DNA of 64,000 bases from Chloroflexota bacterium (lineage in GTDB: Bacteria > Chloroflexota > UBA11872 > VXNJ01). The translations under genes were made by a program, and so were the position numbers. Location of the stretch: NCBI GenBank assembly GCA_965217845.1, contig OZ244573.1, positions 2,275,663 through 2,339,662 of the forward strand. Reading direction: 5' to 3'. This document shows, piece by piece, positions 36,326 to 47,130 of this stretch. Numbering within the stretch: position 1 is the stretch's first letter; each line of letters begins with the position of its first letter. Under the pieces are notes generated by a model. That model did no database searches, had not been told where the DNA came from, and worked only from the letters and a program-made list of their open reading frames with translations.

Positions 36326-37963
36326 CTATGCCATATCCAGCGGGCGGCGCGGATTGACCGGCACGTGGATCAGGGCCGGGCCTTGGTCAGCAATCGCCTC
36401 CCGGAGGGTTTCGGTGAGATCTTGTGGTTGGCAGCGGTACGCGCTCACGCCGAATGCGCGCGCAAGCGCCACATAGTCCGGGTTGGCAAGATCGACTTCG
36501 AATGACTCGCCGTAAAGAGTCTGCATGCCCTGCTTGATGACGCCGTAGGCCGAATCGTCGAAAACGACCGCCACCACGCCGAGATCGTGACGCACCGCGG
36601 TGGCCAGCTCCTGGGCGGTGAACAGGAAACCGCCGTCGCCGGACAGCGATACGACCGGGGTATCGGGCATGACCGCCTTGGCGCCCAGGGCCACCGGGTA
36701 GGAGTAACCCAGCGCGCAGCCGGTCATTCCGTAGATCCACTTGCGTGGCTGCGAGATCGGCAGGAACGGCCGGCACCAGTAGCCAACGATGTGCGGGTCG
36801 CCGACTACGATCCCCTCCTCGGGGATCCCGGCGCGCAGGCCGCGGACCAGGTCCATCTCGAATCCGGCGTGATCGTTCATATACGCATGAACCTGGGCGC
36901 GGGCGTTCTGGGCCCGGCCCACCCAGGCGTCGTGGTTGCTGGCGCCGGATCCCAGCGCGTCCAATATGGCCTCCAGGGCCGGTCCGGCGTCGGCGCAGAT
37001 TCCCAGTTCGGTGGGATAGTTCTTGCCCGGCTGGTTGGGGTCGATATCGATCTGGATCAGCTTCTGCCCGACCGGCATCGACCATTTGCGGGTAGGCGAG
37101 GCCCCGAACGCGCTGCCCACCGCCAGCATCACGTCGCTGTCGGCGAGCAACCGCTGGATCGGACCGTAACTGAACAGCGAGCCGATGTGCAGGCGATGGT
37201 CGTCGGGCATTACCCCCTTGGCGGTGATCGAGGTCAATACCGGGGCGTCGAGCCGTTCGGCGAGACGCTGAAACGGCTCCCAGGCCTCCCCGGTCATCAC
37301 CCCGCCGCCGGCCCAGAGCAGCGGTCGTTCGGCCTCGGCCAGCATCTGGGCGGCCTTGAGCAGGTCCTGCTCCTCCCCGGCCGGTGGGGCCGGTTCGGCC
37401 GGGCCCGCGGTTTCGACCATCCCGTCGGCCAGATGCACATCGTGCGGGACCTCGATTGCGACCGGGCGCGGCCGGCGCTCACGCATCAGGCCGAATCCAT
37501 GCCGGATCGCCGGTGGGATGGCGGCCGGCGACTGAACCTGGGTGTTCCACTGGGTCAGGCCGGAGAACAATTGCTGCTGGTTCTTCAATTCGTGCAGGAA
37601 ACCGACGTCGCGGTACAGGAGCGGCCGCTCTTCCTCGGCCATGATCAGCATGATCGGAGTGGAATCGGCATGCGCCTGGGCCAGCGGCGTGGCCGCATTC
37701 AGCGCGCCCGGACCCGGCGTTGTCAGCAGCACGGCCGGTTGCCCGCTGGCACGGGCCGCCCCGATGGCGGCGAACCCGGCGCCCTGCTCGTGGCGCACCA
37801 GGATGTGCCGAAGGCTGCCGTCACGCGGCAGCGAGGCGTACAGGTGCTGAGTGTGTACGCCAGGGATGCCAAAGACGAGCTTTACGCCCTGCGACCGCAG
37901 ACCGGCCACCACCGCCTCAGAACCGTTCATGCGCTGTGCGCCCACGGCAGATAAGGTGTCCAC
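36326..37963 (-). CDS. Thiamine-pyrophosphate-dependent enzyme (acetolactate synthase-like)
   Basis: FGIPG, RHEQGAGF, TPGPG, SGDGGF TPP motif; start may be ATG 37930. Confidence 0.9.
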   Translation of the reverse strand: MDTLSAVGAQRMNGSEAVVAGLRSQGVKLVFGIPGVHTQHLYASLPRDGSLRHILVRHEQGAGFAAIGAARASGQPAVLLTTPGPGALNAATPLAQAHADSTPIMLIMAEEERPLLYRDVGFLHELKNQQQLFSGLTQWNTQVQSPAAIPPAIRHGFGLMRERRPRPVAIEVPHDVHLADGMVETAGPAEPAPPAGEEQDLLKAAQMLAEAERPLLWAGGGVMTGEAWEPFQRLAERLDAPVLTSITAKGVMPDDHRLHIGSLFSYGPIQRLLADSDVMLAVGSAFGASPTRKWSMPVGQKLIQIDIDPNQPGKNYPTELGICADAGPALEAILDALGSGASNHDAWVGRAQNARAQVHAYMNDHAGFEMDLVRGLRAGIPEEGIVVGDPHIVGYWCRPFLPISQPRKWIYGMTGCALGYSYPVALGAKAVMPDTPVVSLSGDGGFLFTAQELATAVRHDLGVVAVVFDDSAYGVIKQGMQTLYGESFEVDLANPDYVALARAFGVSAYRCQPQDLTETLREAIADQGPALIHVPVNPRRPLDMA

Positions 37964-38140
37964 GGCAGCGGCTCCTATTGATCGGATTGGCCCGGCAGCC
38001 CTATTGTTGCGGAAATTTCGAATCCACCGGCGGTAACGATCACGTCGTAGACGGGCAGGTGGCGTTGCGGGATCGCCTTAATGCCGTCATTCTTGATAAT
38101 CTGGCAACAAGCGCAATAAGCGCCCGCATTGGAGGCGGCA

Positions 38141-39244
38141 ATGGCCATCGCTCCGCAAATTAGGTCGGCCGGGACCCGGGAGCAGCCGGCTGCAATAAAC
38201 CTCATCGACACCGACGTGCACAACTACATCGGCAGTTCGCGCAATCTGCTCGAATACCTACCCGAGCGCTGGGTTCATTACCTAGAACACACGGGTTTTG
38301 AACGGCCGCCGGCTGACTTCTACCCGCGGTTCTACCGCAACGCGGCGCGTCGTGACGCCTACCCGCCGCAAGGCATACCGGGCAGCGACTCGCAATTTTC
38401 CGCCGAACAACTGCTCGACGGTTACGGAATTGATATCGGGATCCTCAACTGCCTCTACCCGGCCTACAAGCTGTTCAACATCGATTTGGCCAATGCGCTG
38501 GTCCGCGCCGCCAACGACTGGCAGATCGACAAGTGGCTGGATGCCGATCCGCGCTGGCGGGCCTCGATCCTGGTGAACGCACGCGATCCGCAGTTCTCGG
38601 CCGACGAGATCCGCCGCTGCGCCGAGCACCCGGGTTACGTTCAAGTGTTGCTGTATGCCCGCAACCACGCCCCGCTGGGCAAGCGCGAATTCTGGCCGAT
38701 TTACGCGGCCGCCCAGGAATGTGGCATCCCGATCGGGATCCACTTCGGCGGCGGACACGACGTTCCGATCACCAGTACCGGATGGCCCTCCTACTACATC
38801 GAGGACCACACCGGCATGGCGCAATCCTTCCAGTCGGTGGTCCTGAGCCTGGTCTGCGAGGGGGTCTTCGTCGAATACCCGCAAACCAAGGTTGTGCTGA
38901 TCGAGGGCGGGTTCGCCTGGATGCCGCCACTGATGTGGCGCCTGGACAAGAACTGGAGGGGCCTGCGCGGCGAGGTGCCGTGGCTGACCAAACCGCCCAG
39001 CGAATACATTCGCGAACACATCCGCTGCTCGACCCAGCCGATGGAGGAGCCCGAGGATCCGCGGCATCTGGCCCAGATCATCGACATGCTCGGAACCGAC
39101 GAATTCCTGCTCTTTGCGACCGACTATCCGCATTGGGACTTCGACTCCCCCGAAAGGGCCCTGCCGGCGGTGATCGGCAAGGAACTGCGCCGGAAGATCT
39201 TTGTCGAGAACGCCCTCAAGATCTACGACTTTGCCCGCGGTTGA
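38141..39244 (+). CDS. Amidohydrolase_2-fold protein, probable dinuclear oxygenase subunit
   Basis: [24 protein letters not shown]; GGAGG RBS; overlaps Rieske gene. Confidence 0.87.
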   Translation: MAIAPQIRSAGTREQPAAINLIDTDVHNYIGSSRNLLEYLPERWVHYLEHTGFERPPADFYPRFYRNAARRDAYPPQGIPGSDSQFSAEQLLDGYGIDIGILNCLYPAYKLFNIDLANALVRAANDWQIDKWLDADPRWRASILVNARDPQFSADEIRRCAEHPGYVQVLLYARNHAPLGKREFWPIYAAAQECGIPIGIHFGGGHDVPITSTGWPSYYIEDHTGMAQSFQSVVLSLVCEGVFVEYPQTKVVLIEGGFAWMPPLMWRLDKNWRGLRGEVPWLTKPPSEYIREHIRCSTQPMEEPEDPRHLAQIIDMLGTDEFLLFATDYPHWDFDSPERALPAVIGKELRRKIFVENALKIYDFARG

Positions 39245-39587
39245 CGTAGGGCCGGTCGAAGACTTTCCGCTCGGGAAGATTCGACCGGCGCAGGTAAATG
39301 GACGTGGATTGGCGATTGTTCGCAATGACAGCGGCGTCTATGCATTGCGCGACACCTGCCCCCACCAAGGGGCCAATCTCACGCGGGGCACGCTGACCGG
39401 TGAGCCGGTTTACTGCGGTCGCGGAAACATCGAGTTTCGCCGTTTCGGACAGGTGCTCAAGTGCCCCTGGCACGGCTGGGACTACTCGCTCGCCGACGGC
39501 AATGCAATAGGGGGCAATCGCAAGGCCCGCGTGCGTGCCTACAGCGCGCGTGTGGAGAACGGCAGAGTCCTGGTCGAAATCGACTAG
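39231..39587 (+). CDS. Rieske [2Fe-2S] ferredoxin
   Basis: CPHQG...CPWHGW. Confidence 0.9.
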   Translation: MPAVDVGPVEDFPLGKIRPAQVNGRGLAIVRNDSGVYALRDTCPHQGANLTRGTLTGEPVYCGRGNIEFRRFGQVLKCPWHGWDYSLADGNAIGGNRKARVRAYSARVENGRVLVEID

Positions 39588-39689
39588 GGTGGGTCGGCCG
39601 CGCACTTTTCAATTAACCTTTGGTGACCGCCCGTTCTGCGATCAGACCGGGGACCGGTGCCCGACTGCACCTCTAGGAGCGGACCGGAC

Positions 39690-40328
39690 TTGGCGATCCA
39701 AAAGCCCGTAGAACCCAAAATTCGCGACCCGCTGCTGGTGCGGCTGGGCGAGAAAAACGGCGCCCTTGACATCCTCACCACCACTACCGACAAGTTGTTC
39801 TCGTGGTGCATGGCCAATTCGCTCTGGCCGATGACCTTCGGTCTGGCCTGCTGCGCGATGGAATTTATGGCCTCGGCGGCGCCGATGTACGACACCGACC
39901 GCTTCGGCGTGATCTTGCGATCCTCACCACGCCAATCGGATGTGATGGTCGTGGCCGGCACCGTGACCAACAAGATGGCCCCGGTGGTGCGGATGCTCTA
40001 CGAGCAGATGCCGGACCCCAAGTACGTGATCGCGATGGGGATCTGCACGATCGCCGGCGGGCCCTTCCGGACCTACAACACCCTGCAGGGCGTGGACCGG
40101 ATCGTGCCGGTCGATATCCATGTGCCCGGCTGTCCGCCGCGGCCTGAGGCATTCATCGACTCGATCCTGCTGCTTCAGCAGAAGATCAAGCGCGAGGGCG
40201 TGCTGCGCTGGAAGCCGCCCCCACTGCCGCCGGCGCCGTCGGGGATCGGCCATTCGCTGGAGCCGCCGCGGCCGGGCGAGAGCATCTCGCCGGTCCCGGA
40301 AGGCATGCTGCCGCCGCACCGCGCCTGA
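39690..40328 (+). CDS. nuoB: NADH-quinone oxidoreductase subunit B, stand-alone
   Basis: [41 protein letters not shown]. Confidence 0.93.
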   Translation: MAIQKPVEPKIRDPLLVRLGEKNGALDILTTTTDKLFSWCMANSLWPMTFGLACCAMEFMASAAPMYDTDRFGVILRSSPRQSDVMVVAGTVTNKMAPVVRMLYEQMPDPKYVIAMGICTIAGGPFRTYNTLQGVDRIVPVDIHVPGCPPRPEAFIDSILLLQQKIKREGVLRWKPPPLPPAPSGIGHSLEPPRPGESISPVPEGMLPPHRA

Positions 40329-40358
40329 GCGCGCCGAACCTTTGCGGCCTTGGGCGCG

Positions 40359-41921
40359 CTAGCTGACGAGCTGCTTCTTGAGCGAATACTCGTAGCCGTC
40401 GATTAAGGCGATCCAGGAAGCCTCGACGATGTTGGCCGAACTGCCCACGGTGCTCCACTGGCGCTCGCCGTTGGTCATCGTCATAAGAACCCGGGTGTAG
40501 GCGCCGGTCCCTGAATCGGGGTCCAGAATCCGGACCTTGTAGTCGACCAGATGCACCTTGGCCAGGGCCGGATAAGCGGGCAGAATTGCCTTGCGGAAGG
40601 CCCCGTCAAGAGCTGCCACCGGCCCGTTGCCGTCGGCGGCGGTGTGCGATTGAGTCCCGTTGACCTGGAGTTTTACGACCGCTTCCGACATCACCGGCTG
40701 GGAACCGCGAGTCTCGGTCAGGGCCAGGAAATCGATCAGCTCGAACGGGGCCTGATAGTCCGGCTGGCGGCGCAACAGCAGCAGCTCGAACGATGCCTCC
40801 GCACCCTCAAAGTGGTAGCCTTCGGCCTCCAGCAGCTTGACCGCCTCCAGGGTTTCGGCGGCGGTTTCAGCCGTCTGCGAGATGCCCAGGCGGGCAGCCG
40901 TGCTGGCGATGTTCTTAGAACCCGAAAGCTCGGAAATGAGGATGCGCTGGCGGTTACCGACCAGGGCCGGGTCGATGTGCTGGTAAGCATGTTCGAACTT
41001 CGAGGAAGCCGAGGCATGGTAGCCGGCCTTGTGGGCAAAGGCCGAATTGCCGACGAAGGGCTGGTGCTGGTCCGGGGCCAGGTTGGCCAACTCCGATACC
41101 AGGTGCGAGAGCTCGGTCAGACGCGAGAGATTCCCATCGACGGCGCTTTCGTAGCCCATCTTTAAGGACAGGGTTGGAATCACCGAACAGAGGTTGGCGT
41201 TACCGGTGCGTTCCCCGATGCCGTTGATCGTGCCGTGTACCTGGGTCGCACCGGCGCGGACGGCGGCCACCGAGGCGGCCACCCCCATATCCAGGTCGTT
41301 GTGGGTATGAATTGCCACTGGCAGCTTGAGCTCCGCGACCACCAGTGCGGTGATTTCGGCAACCTCCAGAGGGAGCGAGCCGCCGTTGGTATCGCAAAGC
41401 GCCACCCAGCTGGCTCCGGCCGTCTGAGCTGCCTGCAACGCCGCCAGCGCAAAGTCCCGGTCCTGCTTGAATCCGTCGAAGAAATGTTCGGCGTCGAGGA
41501 TCACTTCCTTACCGGCAGCGGCCAGGTAGGCGACCGTGTCGGAGATCATCGCCAGTCCCTCGCGGGGTGTGGTCTCGAGGATGTTTTCGACCTGGAACAG
41601 CGAACTCTTGGCAACGATCGCACAGGCCGGCGTTCGCGAACGCGCCACCGCCTGCACCGCCGGATCTTGTTCGCAGGTCGACCCCTTGTAGCGGGTCGCC
41701 CCGAACGCGGTCAGCTTGGCATGATGCCAGGTCAGGCGCTCGGCCTGCCGGAAGAATTCCTCGTCCTTGGGGTTGGCGCCGGGAAACCCGCCCTCGATGT
41801 AGTCGACGCCGAAGCAGTCCAGGGCGCGCGCGACGTTGAGTTTGTCGGAGACCGAGAAGGAGACGCCCTCGGTCTGGGCGCCATCGCGCAGGGTCGTGTC
41901 TAAGTAAAAAATGCGGGTCAT
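40359..41921 (-). CDS. cimA: Citramalate synthase
   Basis: DTTLRDGAQTEG, DYIEGGFPGANPKD, DAEHFFDG, HTHND, GERTGN, FEGAEASFEL. Confidence 0.92.
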   Translation of the reverse strand: MTRIFYLDTTLRDGAQTEGVSFSVSDKLNVARALDCFGVDYIEGGFPGANPKDEEFFRQAERLTWHHAKLTAFGATRYKGSTCEQDPAVQAVARSRTPACAIVAKSSLFQVENILETTPREGLAMISDTVAYLAAAGKEVILDAEHFFDGFKQDRDFALAALQAAQTAGASWVALCDTNGGSLPLEVAEITALVVAELKLPVAIHTHNDLDMGVAASVAAVRAGATQVHGTINGIGERTGNANLCSVIPTLSLKMGYESAVDGNLSRLTELSHLVSELANLAPDQHQPFVGNSAFAHKAGYHASASSKFEHAYQHIDPALVGNRQRILISELSGSKNIASTAARLGISQTAETAAETLEAVKLLEAEGYHFEGAEASFELLLLRRQPDYQAPFELIDFLALTETRGSQPVMSEAVVKLQVNGTQSHTAADGNGPVAALDGAFRKAILPAYPALAKVHLVDYKVRILDPDSGTGAYTRVLMTMTNGERQWSTVGSSANIVEASWIALIDGYEYSLKKQLVS

Positions 41922-42006
41922 GTTGAATTTCGTTCGTAATGGCAAGACTTAAAGAGGGCAGATATTGGGAACCGCCACGCCCGATGCCGGCAATGCGGCC
42001 AAACCT

Positions 42007-43095
42007 TCAGGCGGCCGCCGGCACCCCTAGGCGGGCAATGATGGCTTGGCCCATGTCGGTGGTCCCAACATGTGACGAACCCGCCTCCTTGATGTCTGCC
42101 GTGCGCATCCCGGCGTCCAACGCGGCCGCGACCGCATCCTCGATTGCCCGAGCCTCGTCTTCGAGGTCGAACGATAGCCGCAGCATCATGGCAGCCGAAA
42201 GCACCGCTCCAATGGGATTGGCCAGCCCCTGCCCGGCGATGTCGGGGGCGGCACCGTGGATCGGCTCGTAGAGGCCGCGCGGCGAATCGCCAAGGCTGGC
42301 CGAGGGCATCATTCCCAGCGACGCCGACAGCACCGCCATCTCGTCGGTGATTATGTCGCCGAACATGTTGGTGGTGACTACCACGTCGTAATCGCGCGGG
42401 CTCAGAATCAGGCGCATGGCGAACGCATCGACCAGGATTTGATCCATCTCGACGTCGGGGTACTGTGAGGCGACCTCGGTCATTACCTCGTGCCAGTAGG
42501 CCGACGATTCGAGCACATTCTGCTTGTCGACCGATGTGACCTTGCCGCGACGTCGGCGCGCCATTTGGAAGGCGCGGTGACCAATGCGCTCAACCTCGGA
42601 ACGTTTGTAGAGCATCGTGTCGCGGGCGGCCGGCTCGCCATCGACAAGCAATCGCCCACGCGGCTCGGCATAATAAACGCCGCCGGTGAGTTCGCGCAGG
42701 ACCACCATGTCCACGCCGCGCAGGATTTCGGCCTTAATCGGTGAGGCATTGATGATCGGTTCGAAGATCTGGACCGGGCGGATGTTGGTCCACAGCTCCA
42801 GTTCGGTTCGCAGGCGCAGCACAGCCCGTTCGGGGTGGCGGCCGTTGATCGCGGCTCCGCCGGCGACGCCGCAGGCGCCGAGCAGCACGGCATCGGCGGA
42901 GTGGGCCCGGTCGATCACCGCATCGGTGATCTCGATCCCGTCGGCGACGATTCCGGCCGCTCCCACGAGCGCCGTTTCAAAATCGAATTTGTGTCCGAAC
43001 CGTTGGCCGATGGCCTCCAGTACCCGACGGGCCTGGCCTACGACCTCGGGTCCGATTCCGTCTCCGGGTGCGAGCAGTATGTGGTGTGATGCCAT
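42007..43095 (-). CDS. leuB: 3-isopropylmalate dehydrogenase
   Basis: GDGIGPEV, RELTGG, NMFGDI, EPIHGAAPDIAG. Confidence 0.95.
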   Translation of the reverse strand: MASHHILLAPGDGIGPEVVGQARRVLEAIGQRFGHKFDFETALVGAAGIVADGIEITDAVIDRAHSADAVLLGACGVAGGAAINGRHPERAVLRLRTELELWTNIRPVQIFEPIINASPIKAEILRGVDMVVLRELTGGVYYAEPRGRLLVDGEPAARDTMLYKRSEVERIGHRAFQMARRRRGKVTSVDKQNVLESSAYWHEVMTEVASQYPDVEMDQILVDAFAMRLILSPRDYDVVVTTNMFGDIITDEMAVLSASLGMMPSASLGDSPRGLYEPIHGAAPDIAGQGLANPIGAVLSAAMMLRLSFDLEDEARAIEDAVAAALDAGMRTADIKEAGSSHVGTTDMGQAIIARLGVPAAA

Positions 43096-43106
43096 AACAG
43101 GAGAGA

Positions 43107-43715
43107 TTATCCAGCAAAACCCGAGATGTAAGGGAGCCCGTCACGGACGCCGCGCACCGCGTCGGCATTCTGGCGCAATTCGCCCAGAGCGTCCCAGCAT
43201 CCGCTAAGCAGCGCCTCACGCGTGGGCGCCGGCAGGGACACCGGATAGTCGCGGTCTCCGGCGCTCAAGTTCAACTCGGCAACGTCGAGGCTGAATTCGC
43301 ATTCTGGATGGTCCCCGACGATCGCCTGCAATTCGGCGGCGACATCGGAAGAAACCGTCACCAGCGGCAGGCCCAAGGTGGTCGAGTTGCCGAAGAAGAT
43401 CTCGGCGAAGCTCTCGCCCACGATCGCGGCTATGCCCCAGCGGGCCAGCGCCTGGGGGGCGTGTTCGCGTGAAGAACCGGAGCCGAAATTGTCATTGACG
43501 AACAGGAACCGGGCGTCAGCATAGCGTGCATCGTCGAAGGGGTGCTTGCCAGCCGCGGCCTTGCGCTCATCCTCAAACACATGTCGGCCGAGCCCGTCGA
43601 AAGTGACCATCCGCAGGAACCGGGCAGGGATTACCTGGTCGGTATCGATGTTGTTTCCGCGCAGCGCGAGGCCGCGTCCGCTCACCTTAGCGATGGGGGT
43701 CCCAGGGACGTTCAT
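43107..43715 (-). CDS. leuD: 3-isopropylmalate dehydratase small subunit
   Basis: [31 protein letters not shown]; ATGA overlap with leuC. Confidence 0.96.
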   Translation of the reverse strand: MNVPGTPIAKVSGRGLALRGNNIDTDQVIPARFLRMVTFDGLGRHVFEDERKAAAGKHPFDDARYADARFLFVNDNFGSGSSREHAPQALARWGIAAIVGESFAEIFFGNSTTLGLPLVTVSSDVAAELQAIVGDHPECEFSLDVAELNLSAGDRDYPVSLPAPTREALLSGCWDALGELRQNADAVRGVRDGLPYISGFAG

Positions 43716-45115
43716 CTGGCCACCTCGCGGACGTCGGTGACGGCACCGGCCAGCGCGGCAGCCGCGACCATGGCGGGGCTCATCAGCAGGGTCCGACCGG
43801 TCGGTGAGCCCTGGCGTCCAATGAAGTTGCGGTTGGAGGAGGAGGCCGAGACCTGGCGCCCTTGCAATTTGTCCGGGTTCATTCCCAGGCACATAGAGCA
43901 ACCCGCGTCGCGCCATTCGAATCCGGCTTCCATGAATACCTCGTGCAGCCCCTCGGCCTCGGCCTGGGTGCGCACCAGTTGGGATCCGGGCACGACGATC
44001 GCTTTCACCGATTCCTCCACGCGGTTGCCCCTCACCACCGCGGCGGCCTCGCGCAGGTCCGAGATCCGGCTATTTGTGCAGGACCCGATGAACGCCACGT
44101 CGATCGGAAAACCGGCGATGGGCTGGTTGGCAGAAAGCCCCATGAACTCGAGCGCGGCCGAAACTGCCGCCGACTCGACCGGGTGCACCGAACGCGGGTC
44201 CGGTACCGTTTGGTCCACCCCGATGACCTGTCCCGGGTTTGTACCCCAGGTGACCATCGGTTCGATCATGGCCCCGTCGAAGTAGACCACGTCGTCGTAG
44301 TCGGCGTTGGGTTCTGAGGCCTGCTCCGACCACCACTGCACCGCGCGCTCAAACGCTGTCACGGCCGGGGCATAGCGGCGACCGCGCAGGTATTCGTAGG
44401 TTGCCTGATCAGGGTTCACGTACCCAACCCGGGCCCCGCCCTCGATCGACATGTTGCAGACCGTCATGCGGCCTTCCATCGCCATGGCGTCAAAAACCGG
44501 TCCGCCGTACTCATAGGCGTAGCCGGTGCCGCCCTGGACCCCCAATCGACCGATGATGTTCAGGATCACGTCCTTGGGATAGACTCCGCGGCCCAAGGCC
44601 CCACCAACTTCAATGCGGCGCAGCTTGGGCTTGGAGACGGCCATCGTCTGGGTGGCCAGGATGTCGCGCACCTGCGAGGTGCCGATACCGAAAGCGACCG
44701 CGCCCAGGGCGCCGTGGGTTGAAGTGTGCGAATCCCCGCACGCGATCGTCATGCCGGGCTGCGAAAGGCCCAACTCGGGTCCGATCACGTGCACGATGCC
44801 CTGCATCCCGGATGCTCCGTCAAAAAAGGTGATTCGGGACTTGTCGACGTTGCGCTCGATTGAGCGGAACATCTCCTCGGCCATCGAATCGGCGAAGGGG
44901 CGGGCGGCGCCGTCGGTGGGGATTATGTGGTCGACGGTGGCAAACGTGCGGTCGCGGAAGGCGACTTCAAGCCCCAACTCGGAGAGCATGTCGAACGCCT
45001 GCGGACTGGTCACCTCGTGGACCAGATGCAGGCCGATAAAGAGCTGCGACTGGCCCGACGCCAGCTTGGCGACTTCGTGGTTTTGCCAGACCTTGTCGAG
45101 AAGCGTTTCAGGCAT
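43712..45115 (-). CDS. leuC: 3-isopropylmalate dehydratase large subunit
   Basis: [43 protein letters not shown]. Confidence 0.97.
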   Translation of the reverse strand: MPETLLDKVWQNHEVAKLASGQSQLFIGLHLVHEVTSPQAFDMLSELGLEVAFRDRTFATVDHIIPTDGAARPFADSMAEEMFRSIERNVDKSRITFFDGASGMQGIVHVIGPELGLSQPGMTIACGDSHTSTHGALGAVAFGIGTSQVRDILATQTMAVSKPKLRRIEVGGALGRGVYPKDVILNIIGRLGVQGGTGYAYEYGGPVFDAMAMEGRMTVCNMSIEGGARVGYVNPDQATYEYLRGRRYAPAVTAFERAVQWWSEQASEPNADYDDVVYFDGAMIEPMVTWGTNPGQVIGVDQTVPDPRSVHPVESAAVSAALEFMGLSANQPIAGFPIDVAFIGSCTNSRISDLREAAAVVRGNRVEESVKAIVVPGSQLVRTQAEAEGLHEVFMEAGFEWRDAGCSMCLGMNPDKLQGRQVSASSSNRNFIGRQGSPTGRTLLMSPAMVAAAALAGAVTDVREVAR

Positions 45116-45121
45116 ATCCGG

Positions 45122-46669
45122 TCACACCGAGTGCTCGACGGGAGTGCGATTCTGGCCCACCGCGACTTCGGCGGTCAGCCGATTGAGCCCGCTGACGAAG
45201 GCGTGCGCGCTGGCAACCAGGATGTCGGTATCGACCCCGTGGCCGGTGGCGGCGCGGTCATCCTGTTCGACCCGGATCACCACCTCGCCGAGCGCATCTG
45301 GCGATTCGGACACCGCTGAGATCGAAAAGTCGGTCAGCTCAACCTCCATTCCGGTGGCTGACATGATCGCCTTGTAGACCGCATCCACCGGTCCGTCGCC
45401 CATCGCGGCGACCTGGGCCGGCTCGCCGTCGACCAAGACGCGGACCGTGGCGGTGGGGACCCCGAAGGTCCCACAGGAGACCTGCACCAGCTCCAGCTTG
45501 AAGCGCTGGTGGCGCTGCAGGCGCATGCGCGTCCCAACTATCGCCTCCAGCTCCTGGTCGGTGATCTCCTTCTTGCGGTCGGCCACGCGTTTGAACTCGT
45601 CGAACACGTCCTGGAAGTCGGAATCCGGGATATCGACCCCCATCATCTGCAGGTGATTGCGGAACGCGTGTCGGCCGGAGAACTTGCCCAGTACGATCCG
45701 CGAGGAGTGGTGTCCCACGTCCTCGGGGCGCATGATCTCGTAGTTGACCGAATTCTTCAGCATCCCGTCCTGGTGCAGGCCCGAGGAATGGGCGAACGCA
45801 TTGGCGCCCACGATCGCCTTGTTGGGCGGAACCGGCATCCCCATCAGGTTGGAAACCAGACGCGAGGTGCGGTAAAATTCGCGCGCATCGATCCGGGTGT
45901 CGGCCTGGTAGTAATCGCTACGGGTGCGCAGCGCCATCACGATCTCCTCCAGCGAGGCGTTGCCGGCGCGTTCGCCGACGCCGTTGATCGTGCATTCGAC
46001 CTGGGCGACGCCCTCCATCACGCCGGCCAGTGAATTGGCCACCGCGTGTCCCAGATCGTCGTGGCAGTGGACCGAGACCGTCACCTCGTCGATGCCGGGT
46101 ACGTTCTCCACGCAGTAGCGCACCAGCGACCCGAACTCGCCCGGCATCGAATAACCGACGGTGTCGGGAATGTTGACCACGGTGGCGCCGGCGGCAATCG
46201 CCGTGGCCAGGACCTGGACCAGGTAGTCCGGATCGGTGCGGGTGGCGTCCATGGTCGAAAACTCGACGTAGGGGCAGAGCCGGCGCGCCTGTTCCACCGT
46301 CGAGCGCGTCAGCTCCAGGACCTCGTCGCGGGTCATGTTCAGCTGGTTCTGAAGATGCACGTCGGACGTGGAAATGACGGTGTGCAGGAGTGGGCGCTCG
46401 GCATCGCGCAGTGCTTCCCAGGTTCGCTCGATCTGGTAGTCCCGAAATCCCGAGAGGGCCGCGATCTCGACATCGCGAAGTTCGCGGCACATCCGGGTCA
46501 CGGCTTCGAAGTCACCGGGCGAGGTCGAGGGGAATCCGGCCTCGATCACCGTTACCCCGAGCCGCTCCAATTGGCGGCCAATTTCCATCTTTTCTTCCAG
46601 CGTCAGCGCGCCGCCGGCAGCCTGCTCACCGTCGCGCAGAGTTGTGTCAAAGATGCGTATTGTGCGCAT
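45122..46669 (-). CDS. leuA: 2-isopropylmalate synthase
   Basis: [32 protein letters not shown], regulatory GPVDA. Confidence 0.97.
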   Translation of the reverse strand: MRTIRIFDTTLRDGEQAAGGALTLEEKMEIGRQLERLGVTVIEAGFPSTSPGDFEAVTRMCRELRDVEIAALSGFRDYQIERTWEALRDAERPLLHTVISTSDVHLQNQLNMTRDEVLELTRSTVEQARRLCPYVEFSTMDATRTDPDYLVQVLATAIAAGATVVNIPDTVGYSMPGEFGSLVRYCVENVPGIDEVTVSVHCHDDLGHAVANSLAGVMEGVAQVECTINGVGERAGNASLEEIVMALRTRSDYYQADTRIDAREFYRTSRLVSNLMGMPVPPNKAIVGANAFAHSSGLHQDGMLKNSVNYEIMRPEDVGHHSSRIVLGKFSGRHAFRNHLQMMGVDIPDSDFQDVFDEFKRVADRKKEITDQELEAIVGTRMRLQRHQRFKLELVQVSCGTFGVPTATVRVLVDGEPAQVAAMGDGPVDAVYKAIMSATGMEVELTDFSISAVSESPDALGEVVIRVEQDDRAATGHGVDTDILVASAHAFVSGLNRLTAEVAVGQNRTPVEHSV

Positions 46670-46710
46670 CTGCAGCTTCCTATTTCGTGTACGGGTGGTT
46701 GGTTAGGAGT

Positions 46711-46750
46711 CCACCGCATTGATTCCGATTGGACGGATCGCGCGCGGTGG
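46711..46750 (-). promoter_or_regulatory. Stem-loop between leader peptide and leuA, possible attenuator element
   Basis: CCACCGC/GCGGTGG outer stem with inner GATCCG/CGGAATC pairing; no U-tract. Confidence 0.5.
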
Positions 46751-46764
46751 CAGCGCTTGCGGGT

Positions 46765-46860
46765 TCAGACCCCTCTATCGGTTCGATCCGGCGAGGGGCC
46801 GCTAAGCGCGAGCAATAGTGGTAGGTGCGCTGGTGCAAGCGGCGTTCGGTATAGCTGCAT
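46765..46860 (-). CDS. Leucine-rich leader peptide of the leu operon (31 aa)
   Basis: MQLYRTPLAPAHLPLLLALSGPSPDRTDRGV*; 7 Leu codons (CTA, CTT, CTA, CTA, TTG, CTC, CTT), none CTG. Confidence 0.8.
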   Translation of the reverse strand: MQLYRTPLAPAHLPLLLALSGPSPDRTDRGV

Positions 46861-46866
46861 GGGCAA

Positions 46867-46872
46867 ATTGTA
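46867..46872 (-). promoter_or_regulatory. -10 box for a probable leaderless leader-peptide transcript
   Basis: TACAAT 6 nt upstream of the ATG; no SD. Confidence 0.6.
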
Positions 46873-47130
46873 AAGGGGTTAGCGGCCGATTCAGGTGTGA
46901 TTTCGCCTCGCACCGATTTTTGAAGAATTCGGCACGTCAACATCGCTGGTCGTTACCAGCGTCCAGTTATCCGGCAGGCCACCATCCAGCGCGTTCTGCC
47001 ATTCCTGATCGTTGACACCGTGCAGTCTCAACTGATGGAACGGATAGCCAGTGCGCGGGAACGGGAGCGGATCGCGCTGCAAATGCAGCCGCAGCCACCA
47101 TTTGCCGGCCGTCTGTGGGCGGACACGAAC

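Noticed and set aside
36587-37954. 455-aa plus-strand ORF and many similar long overlapping ORFs
   Set aside because: Shadow ORFs opposite or within well-supported genes, expected at high GC.
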